This document shows positions 28,834 to 39,396 of a DNA stretch of 64,000 bases, piece after piece. The stretch's first letter is position 1. Each line of letters starts with the position of its first letter. The DNA is from an uncultured virus (IMG/VR IMGVR_UViG_3300020379_000594) (lineage: Duplodnaviria; Heunggongvirae; Uroviricota; Caudoviricetes): the IMG/VR virus record IMGVR_UViG_3300020379_000594; one strand, 5' to 3'. The notes below the pieces were generated by a model. The model saw only the letters and a program-made list of their open reading frames with translations. It did not search any database and was not told where the DNA came from. Position numbers and translations under genes: made by a program.

Positions 28834-30534
28834 ATGGCTAAATTATTTGGATTTAAAATCCAGAAGGACGACGAACAAAATAAGAACGTCGTTTCTCCTG
28901 TACCCCAATCGAACGAGGATTCGTCAGACTATTATGTGTCTAGCGGATTCTATGGGCAGTACGTTGATATTGACGGTGTATTTAAGTCAGAGTACGAGTT
29001 AATAAAAAGGTATAGAGAAATGGCACTTCATCCAGAAGTGGACAGTGCCATTGAAGATATTATAAATGAAGCAATAGTTTCAGATCAGAATGATTCTCCT
29101 GTCGAAATCGATTTGGAGAATCTTCCAGCATCTGCGAAGCTTAAAGATCTCATTAGAGAAGAGTTCAAAACTATTAAAGAAGTAATGGACTTCGATAAGA
29201 AGTGCCATGAAATTCTAAGGAACTGGTATATTGATGGTAGAATCTATTACCATAAGGTAATTGATATCAAGAAACCAGAAGAAGGACTTAAGGAAGTTAG
29301 ATATATTGACCCACTTAAAATCAAGTTAGTAAGAAAACTCAAGACAGATCCTACACTCAGAGGAGCAATCAAACAGGTAAACGGACAGAACCCTGCTGAT
29401 CTAGAGAGTCCAGAGATAGAAGAATATTACCAGTATGATCCTAGTCAAACTCAAGGTAAAAATGCCTTGGGTGCTATAGGTCAAACTCCTTTCTCTACTA
29501 AACAGAGACCAGTGAAGATTGCACCTGATGCTATCACATTCTGTCACTCAGGTTTAGTTGACAGGAACAAACAAACTATTCTTTCTTACTTACATAAGTC
29601 AATCAAAGCACTCAATCAACTTAGAATGATTGAGGACTCTCTTGTCATCTACAGGTTGAGTCGTGCTCCAGAAAGAAGAATCTTCTATATTGATGTAGGT
29701 AACTTACCTAAGATGAAGGCGGAACAATACCTCAAAGAGGTGATGAACCGTTATAGAAACAAACTTGTTTATGATGCAAGTACAGGTGAGATTCGTGATG
29801 ACAGAAAGCATATGAGTATGCTTGAAGACTTCTGGCTTCCTAGACGTGAAGGTGGAAGAGGAACTGAAATCACTACATTGCCTGGTGGACAGAATCTAGG
29901 TGAATTGTCTGATATAGAATACTTCCAAAAGAAACTATACAGATCACTTGGAGTTCCAGAATCTCGTATTGCTGGATCAGGTGAAGGGTTTAATCTTGGT
30001 AGATCATCTGAGATCTTAAGAGATGAGATCAAGTTCACAAAGTTTGTTGGCAGAATGAGAAAGAGATTTTCTCATCTATTCAACGATATGTTGAAGACTC
30101 AGTTGATTCTAAAAAACATTGTCACCCCAGAAGACTGGGATACACTCGGAGATCATATTCAGTATGACTTTGTGTATGACAATCATTTTGCAGAACTCAA
30201 AGAAACTGAACTAATCAACGAAAGACTCGGTGTTGTCGCCGCTGTTGATCCCTATGTTGGTAAATATTTCTCACTGGACTATGTTCGTAGAAATATTCTT
30301 AAGCAGAAGGATGAAGAGATCATCGAGATCGATAAGCAAATGGAGAAGGAAATCAAGTCAGGTAAACTTGCAGATCCTATGGAAGTACAACAACTACAAC
30401 TTGGAGTTCATCCAGAACAAATGCCTGGCGGTGCTATGAATCCTGATCCAAATATGGGTCAAATGCCAGAAGATCCTGGCATAGATGGTAGTGCCACAGA
30501 AGCTCCAGAGATGCCCGAAGGCGGCGAAATATAA
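28834..30534 (+). CDS. gp20: Portal vertex protein gp20
   Basis: YRLSRAPERRIFYIDVGNLP, EDFWLPRREGGRGTEITTLPGG. Confidence 0.97.
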   Translation: MAKLFGFKIQKDDEQNKNVVSPVPQSNEDSSDYYVSSGFYGQYVDIDGVFKSEYELIKRYREMALHPEVDSAIEDIINEAIVSDQNDSPVEIDLENLPASAKLKDLIREEFKTIKEVMDFDKKCHEILRNWYIDGRIYYHKVIDIKKPEEGLKEVRYIDPLKIKLVRKLKTDPTLRGAIKQVNGQNPADLESPEIEEYYQYDPSQTQGKNALGAIGQTPFSTKQRPVKIAPDAITFCHSGLVDRNKQTILSYLHKSIKALNQLRMIEDSLVIYRLSRAPERRIFYIDVGNLPKMKAEQYLKEVMNRYRNKLVYDASTGEIRDDRKHMSMLEDFWLPRREGGRGTEITTLPGGQNLGELSDIEYFQKKLYRSLGVPESRIAGSGEGFNLGRSSEILRDEIKFTKFVGRMRKRFSHLFNDMLKTQLILKNIVTPEDWDTLGDHIQYDFVYDNHFAELKETELINERLGVVAAVDPYVGKYFSLDYVRRNILKQKDEEIIEIDKQMEKEIKSGKLADPMEVQQLQLGVHPEQMPGGAMNPDPNMGQMPEDPGIDGSATEAPEMPEGGEI

Positions 30535-30566
30535 ATAATACTAGTCTAATTCTATATTAACAACTT

Positions 30567-30869
30567 ATGGATAATGATTTACTTGATATGATCGCTGCAG
30601 GCGAAGAAGGTTCAGCAACCGATATTCATGATAAGATAAAAGATATCTTATACAATAAGGCTGCAGAGAACATTGATATAGTGAAACCAGCAGTTACTGC
30701 TGACATGTTTGGTGGACCTAATCCTCATCTAAACAATGAGGAAGAGCCAGAAGAGGAAGAAGCTCCTGGCACACCTAGTTCTGTTGAGGATACAGCAGAA
30801 GTTGAAGAACCTGTCGCAGAGGCAGAACCAGTTGATGATGCAGTAGAAGAAGAACAACCTGAGGCTTAA
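30567..30869 (+). CDS. Small acidic prohead-core-like protein
   Basis: Glu-rich 100 aa ORF between gp20 and gp21, where T4 has gp67/68. Confidence 0.5.
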   Translation: MDNDLLDMIAAGEEGSATDIHDKIKDILYNKAAENIDIVKPAVTADMFGGPNPHLNNEEEPEEEEAPGTPSSVEDTAEVEEPVAEAEPVDDAVEEEQPEA

Positions 30870-30870
30870 C

Positions 30871-31605
30871 ATGAAACTCATCACTGAAGAGATCGAAACC
30901 GCTAAGGTTCTTATCGAAGAAAAAGACGGTAAGAAGAATATGTTCATTGAGGGTATCTTTTTACAAGGAAACCTTAAGAACAGAAACGGACGTTTTTATC
31001 CTGTAGAAACTCTTGAGAAAGAGGTAGGCAGATATAATGAAGCGTTTGTTGGCAAAGGTCGTGCTCTTGGTGAGTTAGGTCACCCCGAAGGTCCTACTGT
31101 AAACTTAGACAGAGTATCCCACAAGATTGTAGACCTTCATAGGGAAGGAACAAACTTTGTAGGTAAAGCACAACTCCTCAATACACCGATGGGTACAATC
31201 GCACAGTCATTATTGAATGACGGCGTTACTCTTGGAGTATCATCTAGAGGAATGGGAAGTCTCAAAGACACTAGCGAAGGCTATAAAGTTGTCGGTGAAG
31301 ATTTCATGCTTGCCACTGCTGCTGATATAGTGGCAGATCCTTCAGCACCAGACGCATTTGTGAATGGTATCATGGAGGGAGTTGATTGGGTTTGGGAGGC
31401 AGGAATCCTAAAGGCAAAACAATCACAGATTGCAGTTGTAGAAGAAAAAACTATGACTCACCCTGCGATTGCAGTTGCTGAGCCTGAAAAGGCAGTGGAG
31501 GAAGTCATTGAGAAGACCCAAAAAACTATAAATAAATTAGTAGATCAAGGTCAACTTGACGAGAAGAAGTTGGAAATCTTCCAAAACTTCTTATCAAATC
31601 TTTGA
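30871..31605 (+). CDS. gp21: Prohead protease gp21
   Basis: NRNGRFY, ALGELGHP, GVSSRGMGS, D.VADPSAPDAFV. Confidence 0.95.
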   Translation: MKLITEEIETAKVLIEEKDGKKNMFIEGIFLQGNLKNRNGRFYPVETLEKEVGRYNEAFVGKGRALGELGHPEGPTVNLDRVSHKIVDLHREGTNFVGKAQLLNTPMGTIAQSLLNDGVTLGVSSRGMGSLKDTSEGYKVVGEDFMLATAADIVADPSAPDAFVNGIMEGVDWVWEAGILKAKQSQIAVVEEKTMTHPAIAVAEPEKAVEEVIEKTQKTINKLVDQGQLDEKKLEIFQNFLSNL

Positions 31606-31665
31606 TTTAATAAATAAACATAGATTATACGATATCTAAACACGTTTTACGACGGAGAGTTCAAA

Positions 31666-32748
31666 ATGTCCCGTGGAGATTTACAAGAAATGGATGTAAA
31701 GACACAGCAATCTAATACCGCTGTAAATAGTGGAGCAGCAAAAGGCGATCCAATGCCCTCTACTCCCAATTACGTTCCTGATGGTCAAGGTTCCGTTGAA
31801 GATCTTGGTGGTCCTACGCCTGAGAACTCAAAGCCTGACGACAACAGCAACATGCTTAAAACGCCAACCGCGACTATTAAGCAAGTTAAAGACGTAATCA
31901 CTAAAAACGCTGGTAAAGCTGATCCAATGCCTACTGCACCCAAGTACGCCGAAGAGGCGGAAGCCGACGAAACCCAAGAGGTTGTCGCTGAAGAAGAGTC
32001 AACTGAAACTGAAGCAGTTGATCTAAACGCTGCCATCGAAGAAGATGTCAACGCACTTCTTTCTGGAGAAGACCTTTCTGAGGAATTCAAAGAAAAGGCA
32101 AAGGTGATTTTCGAGGCATCTATCAATGCTAAGATCACAGATATCGAGAATCAGTTAAACGAAGAGTATGAGAAAGCACTCAACGAACAGGTTGAGGAAA
32201 TCAAAGTCGAACTCACTGAGAGAACAGACGCATACCTCGAATATGTCGCCCAAGAATGGATGGAGGAAAATGCTATCGCTATCGAGAAAGGCATTAAATC
32301 CGAAATGACTGAATCCTTCATGGAAGGCATGAAAAAGCTTTTTGAAGAACATTATGTAACCTTACCTGAAGATAAATATGATGTCCTAGAAAACATGGTG
32401 GACAAACTTGATGAAATGGAGACCAAGCTCAATGAGCAGATAGAAAGAAACGTTGCACTTAACCAAAAACTTGGTGAGTCAACTGCTCAGACTGTCTTCA
32501 ACAACGTTGCAGAAGGACTTGCAGTATCTCAGAAAGAGAAACTACAAACTCTTGCAGAAAGTGTTGAGTTTGAAAGTGAAGAATCCTATCGTGGAAAAAT
32601 TGAAACTCTGAAAGAATCTTATTTCGGACAGAAGAAAACAACATCCACAGCGTCCGCTCCTCAAGAACTTAAGGAAGAAGCAGAACATGTAGAGCCAGCA
32701 ACTGGCACTATGGCTGCATATCTTGAAGCACTTGGACGTATGAAATAG
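31666..32748 (+). CDS. gp22: Prohead scaffold gp22
   Basis: Acidic coiled coil; LSEEFKEKA..IFEA, YL.YVA.EW. Confidence 0.9.
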   Translation: MSRGDLQEMDVKTQQSNTAVNSGAAKGDPMPSTPNYVPDGQGSVEDLGGPTPENSKPDDNSNMLKTPTATIKQVKDVITKNAGKADPMPTAPKYAEEAEADETQEVVAEEESTETEAVDLNAAIEEDVNALLSGEDLSEEFKEKAKVIFEASINAKITDIENQLNEEYEKALNEQVEEIKVELTERTDAYLEYVAQEWMEENAIAIEKGIKSEMTESFMEGMKKLFEEHYVTLPEDKYDVLENMVDKLDEMETKLNEQIERNVALNQKLGESTAQTVFNNVAEGLAVSQKEKLQTLAESVEFESEESYRGKIETLKESYFGQKKTTSTASAPQELKEEAEHVEPATGTMAAYLEALGRMK

Positions 32749-32788
32749 GAACTGGATTAATTTTTAACTAAACAACTCTTATAGACCG

Positions 32789-34195
32789 ATGCAACAAAAC
32801 ATCAACTATCAACAACTCACTGAAAAGTGGGCTCCCCTTCTAGATCACGAAGGGTCAGATCCAATTAAAGACGCACATAGAAGAAACGTTACTGCGGTTC
32901 TTCTCGAAAACCAAGAGCAAATGCTCAGAGAAGAGAATGCTTTCCAGTCATTGACTGAGGCATCTCCTACTAACTCCGCTGGAACTGGTGGATTTAGTGG
33001 TTCATCTGCCGCAGGCGGCCCTGTTGCTGGTTTCGACCCTGTGTTGATTAGTCTTATCAGACGTGCAATGCCTAACTTGGTCGCATATGACCTTGCTGGT
33101 GTTCAACCAATGTCTGGTCCTACAGGACTTATCTTCGCAATGAGATCCAGATTCACTAATCAGAGTGGAACTGAGGCTCTCTTCGATGAACCAGATACTT
33201 CATTCTCTGGACAGAACTCCTCTCAGAACCTTACAGGTGGCATGACAGACGTTGCCGCTGGTTTTGGTACTACATCTTCACCTAACGGCACTAACCCAGG
33301 CGTTCTTAACCCTGTTGGTTCCGCAACTACTACTGACTACTCTGTTGGTCAAGGTATGGTTACTGGTGAGTCTGAGGCATTAGGAGACGCTGCTGCTAAC
33401 GCTTTCCAAGAAATGGCATTCAGCATCGAGAAAGTTACTGTGACTGCGAAGTCCAGAGCACTCAAAGCTGAGTACAGTTTAGAATTGGCTCAAGACCTTA
33501 AAGCAATTCACGGATTAAACGCTGAGTCTGAACTCGCAAACATTCTCTCAACTGAGATTCTTGCTGAGATCAACCGCGAAGTTATCCGTACTATCTACAA
33601 GGTCGCAGAACAAGGTGCAACAATCAACACTGCAACCGCTGGAACGTTCGACTTAGACACCGACTCAAACGGTCGTTGGTCAGTTGAGAAGTTCAAAGGA
33701 CTTCTATTCCAGATCGAAAGAGATGCGAACCAAATCGCACAAAGAACTCGTCGCGGAAAGGGCAACGTGGTTCTCTGCTCTGCCGACGTTGCTTCAGCTC
33801 TTACAATGGCTGGAATCCTTGATTACACCCCTGCACTTAACGCTAACTTAAACGTTGACGATACTGGTAATACATTTGCTGGTACTCTTGCTGGTAAGTA
33901 CAAAGTTTACATCGATCCTTTCGCTGCAAACAATGACGCTAATCAGTACTACGTTGTTGGTTACAAGGGTACTAACCCTTATGACGCTGGATTGTTCTAC
34001 TGCCCTTACGTTCCTCTACAGATGGTTCGTGCAGTGGGTCAGGACACCTTCCAACCAAAAATTGGCTTCAAGACTCGTTACGGAATCGTTGCAAACCCAT
34101 TTGCCGAAGGTAACGTATCTAACCAAGGACTTGGAAGACTTCTTTCCAACGCTAACCGCTACTACAGAAGAGTTAAGGTTGCAAACCTTATGTAA
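32789..34195 (+). CDS. gp23: Major capsid protein gp23
   Basis: LIRRAMPNL.AYD..GVQPM.GPTG, KSRALKAEY, FQPKIGFKTRYG. Confidence 0.98.
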   Translation: MQQNINYQQLTEKWAPLLDHEGSDPIKDAHRRNVTAVLLENQEQMLREENAFQSLTEASPTNSAGTGGFSGSSAAGGPVAGFDPVLISLIRRAMPNLVAYDLAGVQPMSGPTGLIFAMRSRFTNQSGTEALFDEPDTSFSGQNSSQNLTGGMTDVAAGFGTTSSPNGTNPGVLNPVGSATTTDYSVGQGMVTGESEALGDAAANAFQEMAFSIEKVTVTAKSRALKAEYSLELAQDLKAIHGLNAESELANILSTEILAEINREVIRTIYKVAEQGATINTATAGTFDLDTDSNGRWSVEKFKGLLFQIERDANQIAQRTRRGKGNVVLCSADVASALTMAGILDYTPALNANLNVDDTGNTFAGTLAGKYKVYIDPFAANNDANQYYVVGYKGTNPYDAGLFYCPYVPLQMVRAVGQDTFQPKIGFKTRYGIVANPFAEGNVSNQGLGRLLSNANRYYRRVKVANLM

Positions 34196-34217
34196 TTCGG
34201 ATATTACATATCTTACT

Positions 34218-34244
34218 AAGAGACCCAAATGGGTCTCTTTTTTT
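34218..34244 (+). terminator. Rho-independent terminator after gp23
   Basis: AAGAGACCC-AAAT-GGGTCTCTT plus T-run. Confidence 0.85.
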
Positions 34245-34276
34245 ATGCCTATATAGTAAGCACTATATTGTGTGAG

Positions 34277-34903
34277 ATGATGACACAACCAAACGGAAGT
34301 AAGTGGAAGTGGATCGCTATAGGCACTGTGGGTAGTCTCCTTGCCGTATCACATATCGGTATGATAGGTATGTTGAGTCAAAGAGGATCGAAATTACCAA
34401 ACATAAACTTGCCTGTGGGTGACTATACCTCTTATAGAGCAGAAGTAGGGGAAGACGGATATCGCATTGACTATAAGGGTAATGACCCTACAGTGATGCG
34501 TGTGGAAAGGGATAAGAATATAAAAGGTGGCTTTCTGGGATTGGCTAACAACAAAATCCGAGTCACTGAGGAGTACACTATGGACGGAGCTCACCATCAA
34601 GGAGGAGCAGTATCCAACCCAAGATCCTGGCAAGACAATACTAACGGAGGAAGTCAGTCGGGAAAGCTCACTGCCCAACAGGTCGAGTGTATCGAGGCGG
34701 TCGGTGGTGGAAAGCAGACAGGGCGACTTGTTGGGACTAGCGTGGGGACTGCTGTTGCTCCTGCCTTTGTCAATATTCCCTTTGTTGGGTGGCTTGCTGC
34801 TGGTTGGGTCGCAATGTTTGGGGGGAACCAAGGATCGGAAATAGGTGGTCAAATGGCTTCTGAACTTGCAGATGTCTGTGAAGACCCCGACTTCGCTGAA
34901 TAA
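34277..34903 (+). CDS. Hypothetical membrane protein with a glycine-zipper-like C-terminus
   Basis: N-terminal hydrophobic helix; G..VG..VG....IPFVGWLAAG...G...G..IG. Confidence 0.6.
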   Translation: MMTQPNGSKWKWIAIGTVGSLLAVSHIGMIGMLSQRGSKLPNINLPVGDYTSYRAEVGEDGYRIDYKGNDPTVMRVERDKNIKGGFLGLANNKIRVTEEYTMDGAHHQGGAVSNPRSWQDNTNGGSQSGKLTAQQVECIEAVGGGKQTGRLVGTSVGTAVAPAFVNIPFVGWLAAGWVAMFGGNQGSEIGGQMASELADVCEDPDFAE

Positions 34904-34918
34904 ATAAAGATAAAACTC

Positions 34919-35485
34919 ATGAGCAGAGAATACACTGATATCAAAGGACCTAATCTCTTTGATAGACAAATTAAAAATAGGAATTTTCTGTCTCCAGCTG
35001 GATTCAAATTCACCTTGCAGAAAGCACCCAAGGTGGATTTCTTTTCCAAGTCAGTATCTTTACCTAACATAACTTTAGGTGCTGCAATCCAAAGCACATA
35101 TCTCAGAGACATTCCTGTTCCTGGCGATAAGTTGCAATATGGTGATCTGGATGTAGAATTCTTTATAGATGAAAACTTAGAGAACTACCTACAGATTGAG
35201 AGGTGGATGAGAGCACTTGGATTTCCTGAGTCTCTTAGAGAAGGAGTCAGTCTGGATCCTCAACAAACAGATCTGTTAAACGCTGCCAGATCTGATGGAA
35301 CAATACTAGTTTACAACAGTAGTTTCAATACAATCGCTAAGGTTGATTTCAAGGATATGTTCCCAACTTCATTGACACCAGTTCCATTTAGCGCTGATGT
35401 AACTGATATAAATTATATTGTAGCGACTGCTACTTTTAAATATACTATTTTTAATGTGGAGAGTCTAATAGGAGATGAATCTTGA
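34919..35485 (+). CDS. gp3: Tail completion protein gp3
   Basis: NFLSP.GFKF, PGDKL.Y..L...F.IDE.L.NY, F.D.FP.SL. Confidence 0.85.
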   Translation: MSREYTDIKGPNLFDRQIKNRNFLSPAGFKFTLQKAPKVDFFSKSVSLPNITLGAAIQSTYLRDIPVPGDKLQYGDLDVEFFIDENLENYLQIERWMRALGFPESLREGVSLDPQQTDLLNAARSDGTILVYNSSFNTIAKVDFKDMFPTSLTPVPFSADVTDINYIVATATFKYTIFNVESLIGDES

Positions 35486-35900
35486 ATTTATACAAGACTT
35501 GTGGGATAAAGATTCCATAATTGATAATGAATTACTACACAATGAGTCAACAAAAATACCCGCTTTACACGCAAAATACTACAAAATTTACACCAACATC
35601 CTGACCTTACAGAAAGCTCAGGAAACTCAGTACAAAATTTTAAAGAAGGAGAAGTGGCAATACTACACAGGTAAGGCATCACCAGAAGTATATGTAGAAA
35701 AACCTTTTGACTATAAAGTTCTAAAAGCAGACCTAGACAAATACTTTGATGCAGATCAAGACCTTATCAGGTGTACTGCAAAGATAGAATACTATCAGAT
35801 CATGTTAGATTATTTGGATAGTATTCTCAAGGTTATACAGAATCGAACGTATCAGATTAAAAATGCCATTGAGTGGCAGCGATTTACGAATGGATTATGA
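35475..35900 (+). CDS. uvsY: Recombination mediator UvsY
   Basis: IP.LHAKY, YYTGKA, R.YQIKNAIEW.RF; lies just before uvsW. Confidence 0.88.
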   Translation: MNLEFIQDLWDKDSIIDNELLHNESTKIPALHAKYYKIYTNILTLQKAQETQYKILKKEKWQYYTGKASPEVYVEKPFDYKVLKADLDKYFDADQDLIRCTAKIEYYQIMLDYLDSILKVIQNRTYQIKNAIEWQRFTNGL

Positions 35901-37351
35901 GTGATCTTATTATTGTCAAGAAGAATGAAGTCCATCTTACTGTAGATGCACAACCTCATGTGCAACAAGAACTGTCAGATTACTTTACCTTTGATGTTCC
36001 AGGCGCCAAGTATATGCCTCAGTATAGGAACAGGCATTGGGATGGTAAGATCAGACTGTTCTCTACTGCAACAGGTGAGTTGTATGTAGGACTGTTAGAC
36101 AAAGTTATTGCTTGGGCAAGAAAAGCAAATTATAGTGTAGAGTTTAAAAATAACGAAACATATGGTACTCCTTTTGAAGAGAATGAGGAGATATCATTAG
36201 AAGGTGTGAAAGATTATATGACTGCAATTTCTAGTTTCAAACCTAGAGATTATCAAATAGAGGGTGTGTATGATGCACTCAAATATAATAGAAGATTAAT
36301 TATATCTCCAACTGGGTCAGGCAAATCGCTGATGATATATGCCGTTGCGAGATATCATGTAGGAAGAAAGAGAAGAATATTATTAGTCGTCCCTACTACC
36401 TCTCTTGTAGAACAGATGTATAAGGACTTTATAGATTATGGATGGGATGTCGAGAAATATTGTCATAAGGTCTATGCAGGTAGGAAAAAAAGTACACAAC
36501 AACGTGTAACTATATCAACATGGCAGTCTATCTATACTATGGATAAGACCTTCTTTGCTAAGTTTGATGTGATTATAGGAGACGAAGCACACCAATTCAA
36601 GTCCAAATCTCTAATTGGTATCATGTCTAAGATGAGAGATACTAAGTATAGATACGGATTTACTGGAACTCTGAGTGGATCGCAAACACACAAGTGGGTG
36701 TTGGAGGGATTGTTTGGTCCTTCTTACAAGGTAACTCAAACATCAGATCTACAGAAGAAAGGTCAACTTGCTAAGTTGGATATCAGAATTGTATTGTTAA
36801 AACATCCAGCAATTCCCTTTGATGATTACAGGGAAGAGATGAATTATATCATAGAACATGAGAAGAGAAACTTATTCATCAGAAATCTTGCTTTAAGTTT
36901 GAAGGGTAACACCCTAGTCCTATTCAGTAGAGTAGAGGCTCATGGTGAACCACTATATAATTTAATCAACAGTGATAACGATAGAAAAGTCTTTTATGTT
37001 CATGGTGGAGTTGATAGTGAAGAGAGGGAAGAGGTTAGATCTATCGTCGATAGAGAAGCAGATGCGATCATTGTTGCGTCTTATGGAACTTTTTCTACAG
37101 GAATTAACATTAAAAACTTACATAACGTCATTTTTGCATCACCTAGCAAATCTAGAATTAGAAATCTACAAAGTATTGGTAGGGTCCTTAGAAAGGGAAA
37201 GGGTAAGAACAAAGCAATGTTATATGATATCGCAGACGACATCTCTGTCAAGGGTAAAAAGAACTACACATTGAATCATTTGGTAGAGCGTGTTAAAATA
37301 TACAATGAGGAGAACTTTAATTATGAAATTAGAACTGTTTACTTAAAATGA
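35897..37351 (+). CDS. uvsW: SF2 helicase UvsW
   Basis: PTGSGKS, DEAH, GFTGT, QSIGRVLR. Confidence 0.95.
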   Translation: MSDLIIVKKNEVHLTVDAQPHVQQELSDYFTFDVPGAKYMPQYRNRHWDGKIRLFSTATGELYVGLLDKVIAWARKANYSVEFKNNETYGTPFEENEEISLEGVKDYMTAISSFKPRDYQIEGVYDALKYNRRLIISPTGSGKSLMIYAVARYHVGRKRRILLVVPTTSLVEQMYKDFIDYGWDVEKYCHKVYAGRKKSTQQRVTISTWQSIYTMDKTFFAKFDVIIGDEAHQFKSKSLIGIMSKMRDTKYRYGFTGTLSGSQTHKWVLEGLFGPSYKVTQTSDLQKKGQLAKLDIRIVLLKHPAIPFDDYREEMNYIIEHEKRNLFIRNLALSLKGNTLVLFSRVEAHGEPLYNLINSDNDRKVFYVHGGVDSEEREEVRSIVDREADAIIVASYGTFSTGINIKNLHNVIFASPSKSRIRNLQSIGRVLRKGKGKNKAMLYDIADDISVKGKKNYTLNHLVERVKIYNEENFNYEIRTVYLK

Positions 37352-38934
37352 AAGTCTTAGGAATATATGGATCTATCCTCTTTGATGGATCTGATAGAGA
37401 AAGTTATATACATGATGCTGGTGCAACCTTATTTGTAGACGGTGAACATATCTGTAGCATACAGGAAGAAAGACTTAGCGGTTTAAAGTATGATGGAAGA
37501 TATCCAGAAAAATCCATAGACTATGTGCTAGAAGGTCTCAATAAAGAAGACATAAACCTAGTCATGTTTGTGGATCTTGGTCAACAAGATTGGGTAATGA
37601 GTCTCCAAAAAAATGAACCCCAAGAGTATCTACAGAAAATTTTCCCTAATGCAGAGATAGGATATATTTCTCATCATCAAGCACATGCTTATTCATCTAT
37701 ATTCACTCAACCATCCAATGATGGAGTGTGTATTGTAATTGATGGTGGTGGTTCTCACAACTGGACTGATGGAAATTCTCTTGGATTAGAAAAATGCTCA
37801 ATGGTTCTCTTCGATAAGAGAAGAAATAAATTTAAGTATTTCCCTTTCAATGGTGAGTGGGGATTACTATATCAATACTGGTCACATCATATTTTCTGTA
37901 AGAAGATCGGACAGGAAATAGATTTTATGGACCCAAAACATCATTGTTCTTTTGCTGGAAAGATCATGGGTCTTGCAGCATATGGATCTGGTAAACATAT
38001 ACAAAAGTTATATAACTTTGGATCACACTTTCCAGAAGTATTATTTGATATGAGGGATCCAAGACCTTATCCAATTTCTTCTTCGGACAAAGCTCAGTTA
38101 TTGCAATACAATTTTGAGGAATCTCTTACTGAATTAATGTTAAGATTAAATGAAGATTACTTAGATGGGACAATTTGTTTAACTGGCGGAGTGTTTCTTA
38201 ACATCAATGCTAACACAAAAATAGTAAAGACTCTCAAGAACAGAAAGTTTCACATCACTCCTTTTGTAAGTGATTGTGGTTTGGCATTTGGAGCAGCGGC
38301 GTTTGGTGCATCAATGTGGAATGAAGTTCAGATTCCTAAAAATCTTGCCTTCTTAGGTAAATCATACTCTACACCAAAGCAAATTGATATATCAGAATAT
38401 AAAGATAGTTTGGATATTAAAAAAGTTGCACAATACTTAGAGGACGGAAAAATTATTGCATGGTATCAAGGTAGATCTGAGTTCGGTCCTAGGGCACTTG
38501 GGAATAGATCCATTTTGATGTCACCTAAATATAAAGAGAATAAGGATATATTAAACGAGAAGGTAAAACATAGAGAAGAGTGGAGACCCTTTGCTGGTGT
38601 CATACTTAAGGACTATCTCAAGGATTATTTTGAGGAAGATATTGATAGTCCATACATGTTGTATTCTCAAACGGTAAAGAAAGACAAGAGAGATAAGATT
38701 CCAGCAATAACACATGTTGACAATACATGTAGGATTCAGACAGTCAGTGAAGGCATCTTATCTGAGTTACTAGAAGAGTATTATAAAATCAGTGGAGTCC
38801 CTGTATTGTTGAATACTTCATTCAATGATAATGGTAAACCCATAGTAGAGACTCCAGAGGACGCTATTCAATCCTTTCTAAATATGAATATAGACTACTT
38901 GGTTATAAACAACACTATTATAGGGAAAGACTAA
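37348..38934 (+). CDS. Second O-carbamoyltransferase (NodU/CmcH family)
   Basis: HDAG, EERL, HHQAHA, DGGG, GKIMGLAAYG, GGVFLN, EFGPRALGNRS, KHREEWRPFA, NTSFN. Confidence 0.92.
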   Translation: MKVLGIYGSILFDGSDRESYIHDAGATLFVDGEHICSIQEERLSGLKYDGRYPEKSIDYVLEGLNKEDINLVMFVDLGQQDWVMSLQKNEPQEYLQKIFPNAEIGYISHHQAHAYSSIFTQPSNDGVCIVIDGGGSHNWTDGNSLGLEKCSMVLFDKRRNKFKYFPFNGEWGLLYQYWSHHIFCKKIGQEIDFMDPKHHCSFAGKIMGLAAYGSGKHIQKLYNFGSHFPEVLFDMRDPRPYPISSSDKAQLLQYNFEESLTELMLRLNEDYLDGTICLTGGVFLNINANTKIVKTLKNRKFHITPFVSDCGLAFGAAAFGASMWNEVQIPKNLAFLGKSYSTPKQIDISEYKDSLDIKKVAQYLEDGKIIAWYQGRSEFGPRALGNRSILMSPKYKENKDILNEKVKHREEWRPFAGVILKDYLKDYFEEDIDSPYMLYSQTVKKDKRDKIPAITHVDNTCRIQTVSEGILSELLEEYYKISGVPVLLNTSFNDNGKPIVETPEDAIQSFLNMNIDYLVINNTIIGKD

Positions 38935-39342
38935 ATGGAAGAAGATTTCTACGCTTCAATCAAATTAGTATCAGGAGAGGAAATCTTCGGTGAAGTCATG
39001 CCGTCAGATGAAAATGGTCGCACGGTTTTGATTATCAGTGATCCTGTAGAAATCGAGACGGTGAGTATGAATGGTTCTCATGAAGGTCTAAGAATGATGC
39101 CGTGGTTAAGAAGTATGCCTACGGACAATATCATTATCATTCCTATGGATAGAGTCATCACTGTTGTTGAGGCACGCGAGGACTCAGAAGTAGTAAAATA
39201 TTATCAAAAATTTATTTTCTCTAATCTCAATGGGGGATCTGGAGAGAAGATAAAGGTAACAAAGAAGATGGGATATGTAATTTCAGTCGAGAAGGCCAGA
39301 GAAAGTCTTGAGAAGCTTTATAAGAAAGGCGAAGCTTCATAG
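38935..39342 (+). CDS. Conserved cyanophage hypothetical protein (Sm-like fold suspected)
   Basis: IKLVSGEEI...PW pattern; usual position before gp55. Confidence 0.6.
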   Translation: MEEDFYASIKLVSGEEIFGEVMPSDENGRTVLIISDPVEIETVSMNGSHEGLRMMPWLRSMPTDNIIIIPMDRVITVVEAREDSEVVKYYQKFIFSNLNGGSGEKIKVTKKMGYVISVEKARESLEKLYKKGEAS

Positions 39343-39367
39343 CATTCCCTTGAACTCTGACAGAGTT

Positions 39368-39396
39368 ATTGTACATCTTTTTATATGACTTGTCAA
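39368..39396 (-). promoter_or_regulatory. Overlapping antisense sigma70-like promoter
   Basis: Minus strand reads TTGACA (39396-39391), 17 nt, TACAAT (39373-39368). Confidence 0.5.

Noticed and set aside
34394..34969. 191-aa minus-strand ORF
   Set aside because: Lies antisense to a plausible membrane-protein gene and the gp3 start; no motifs
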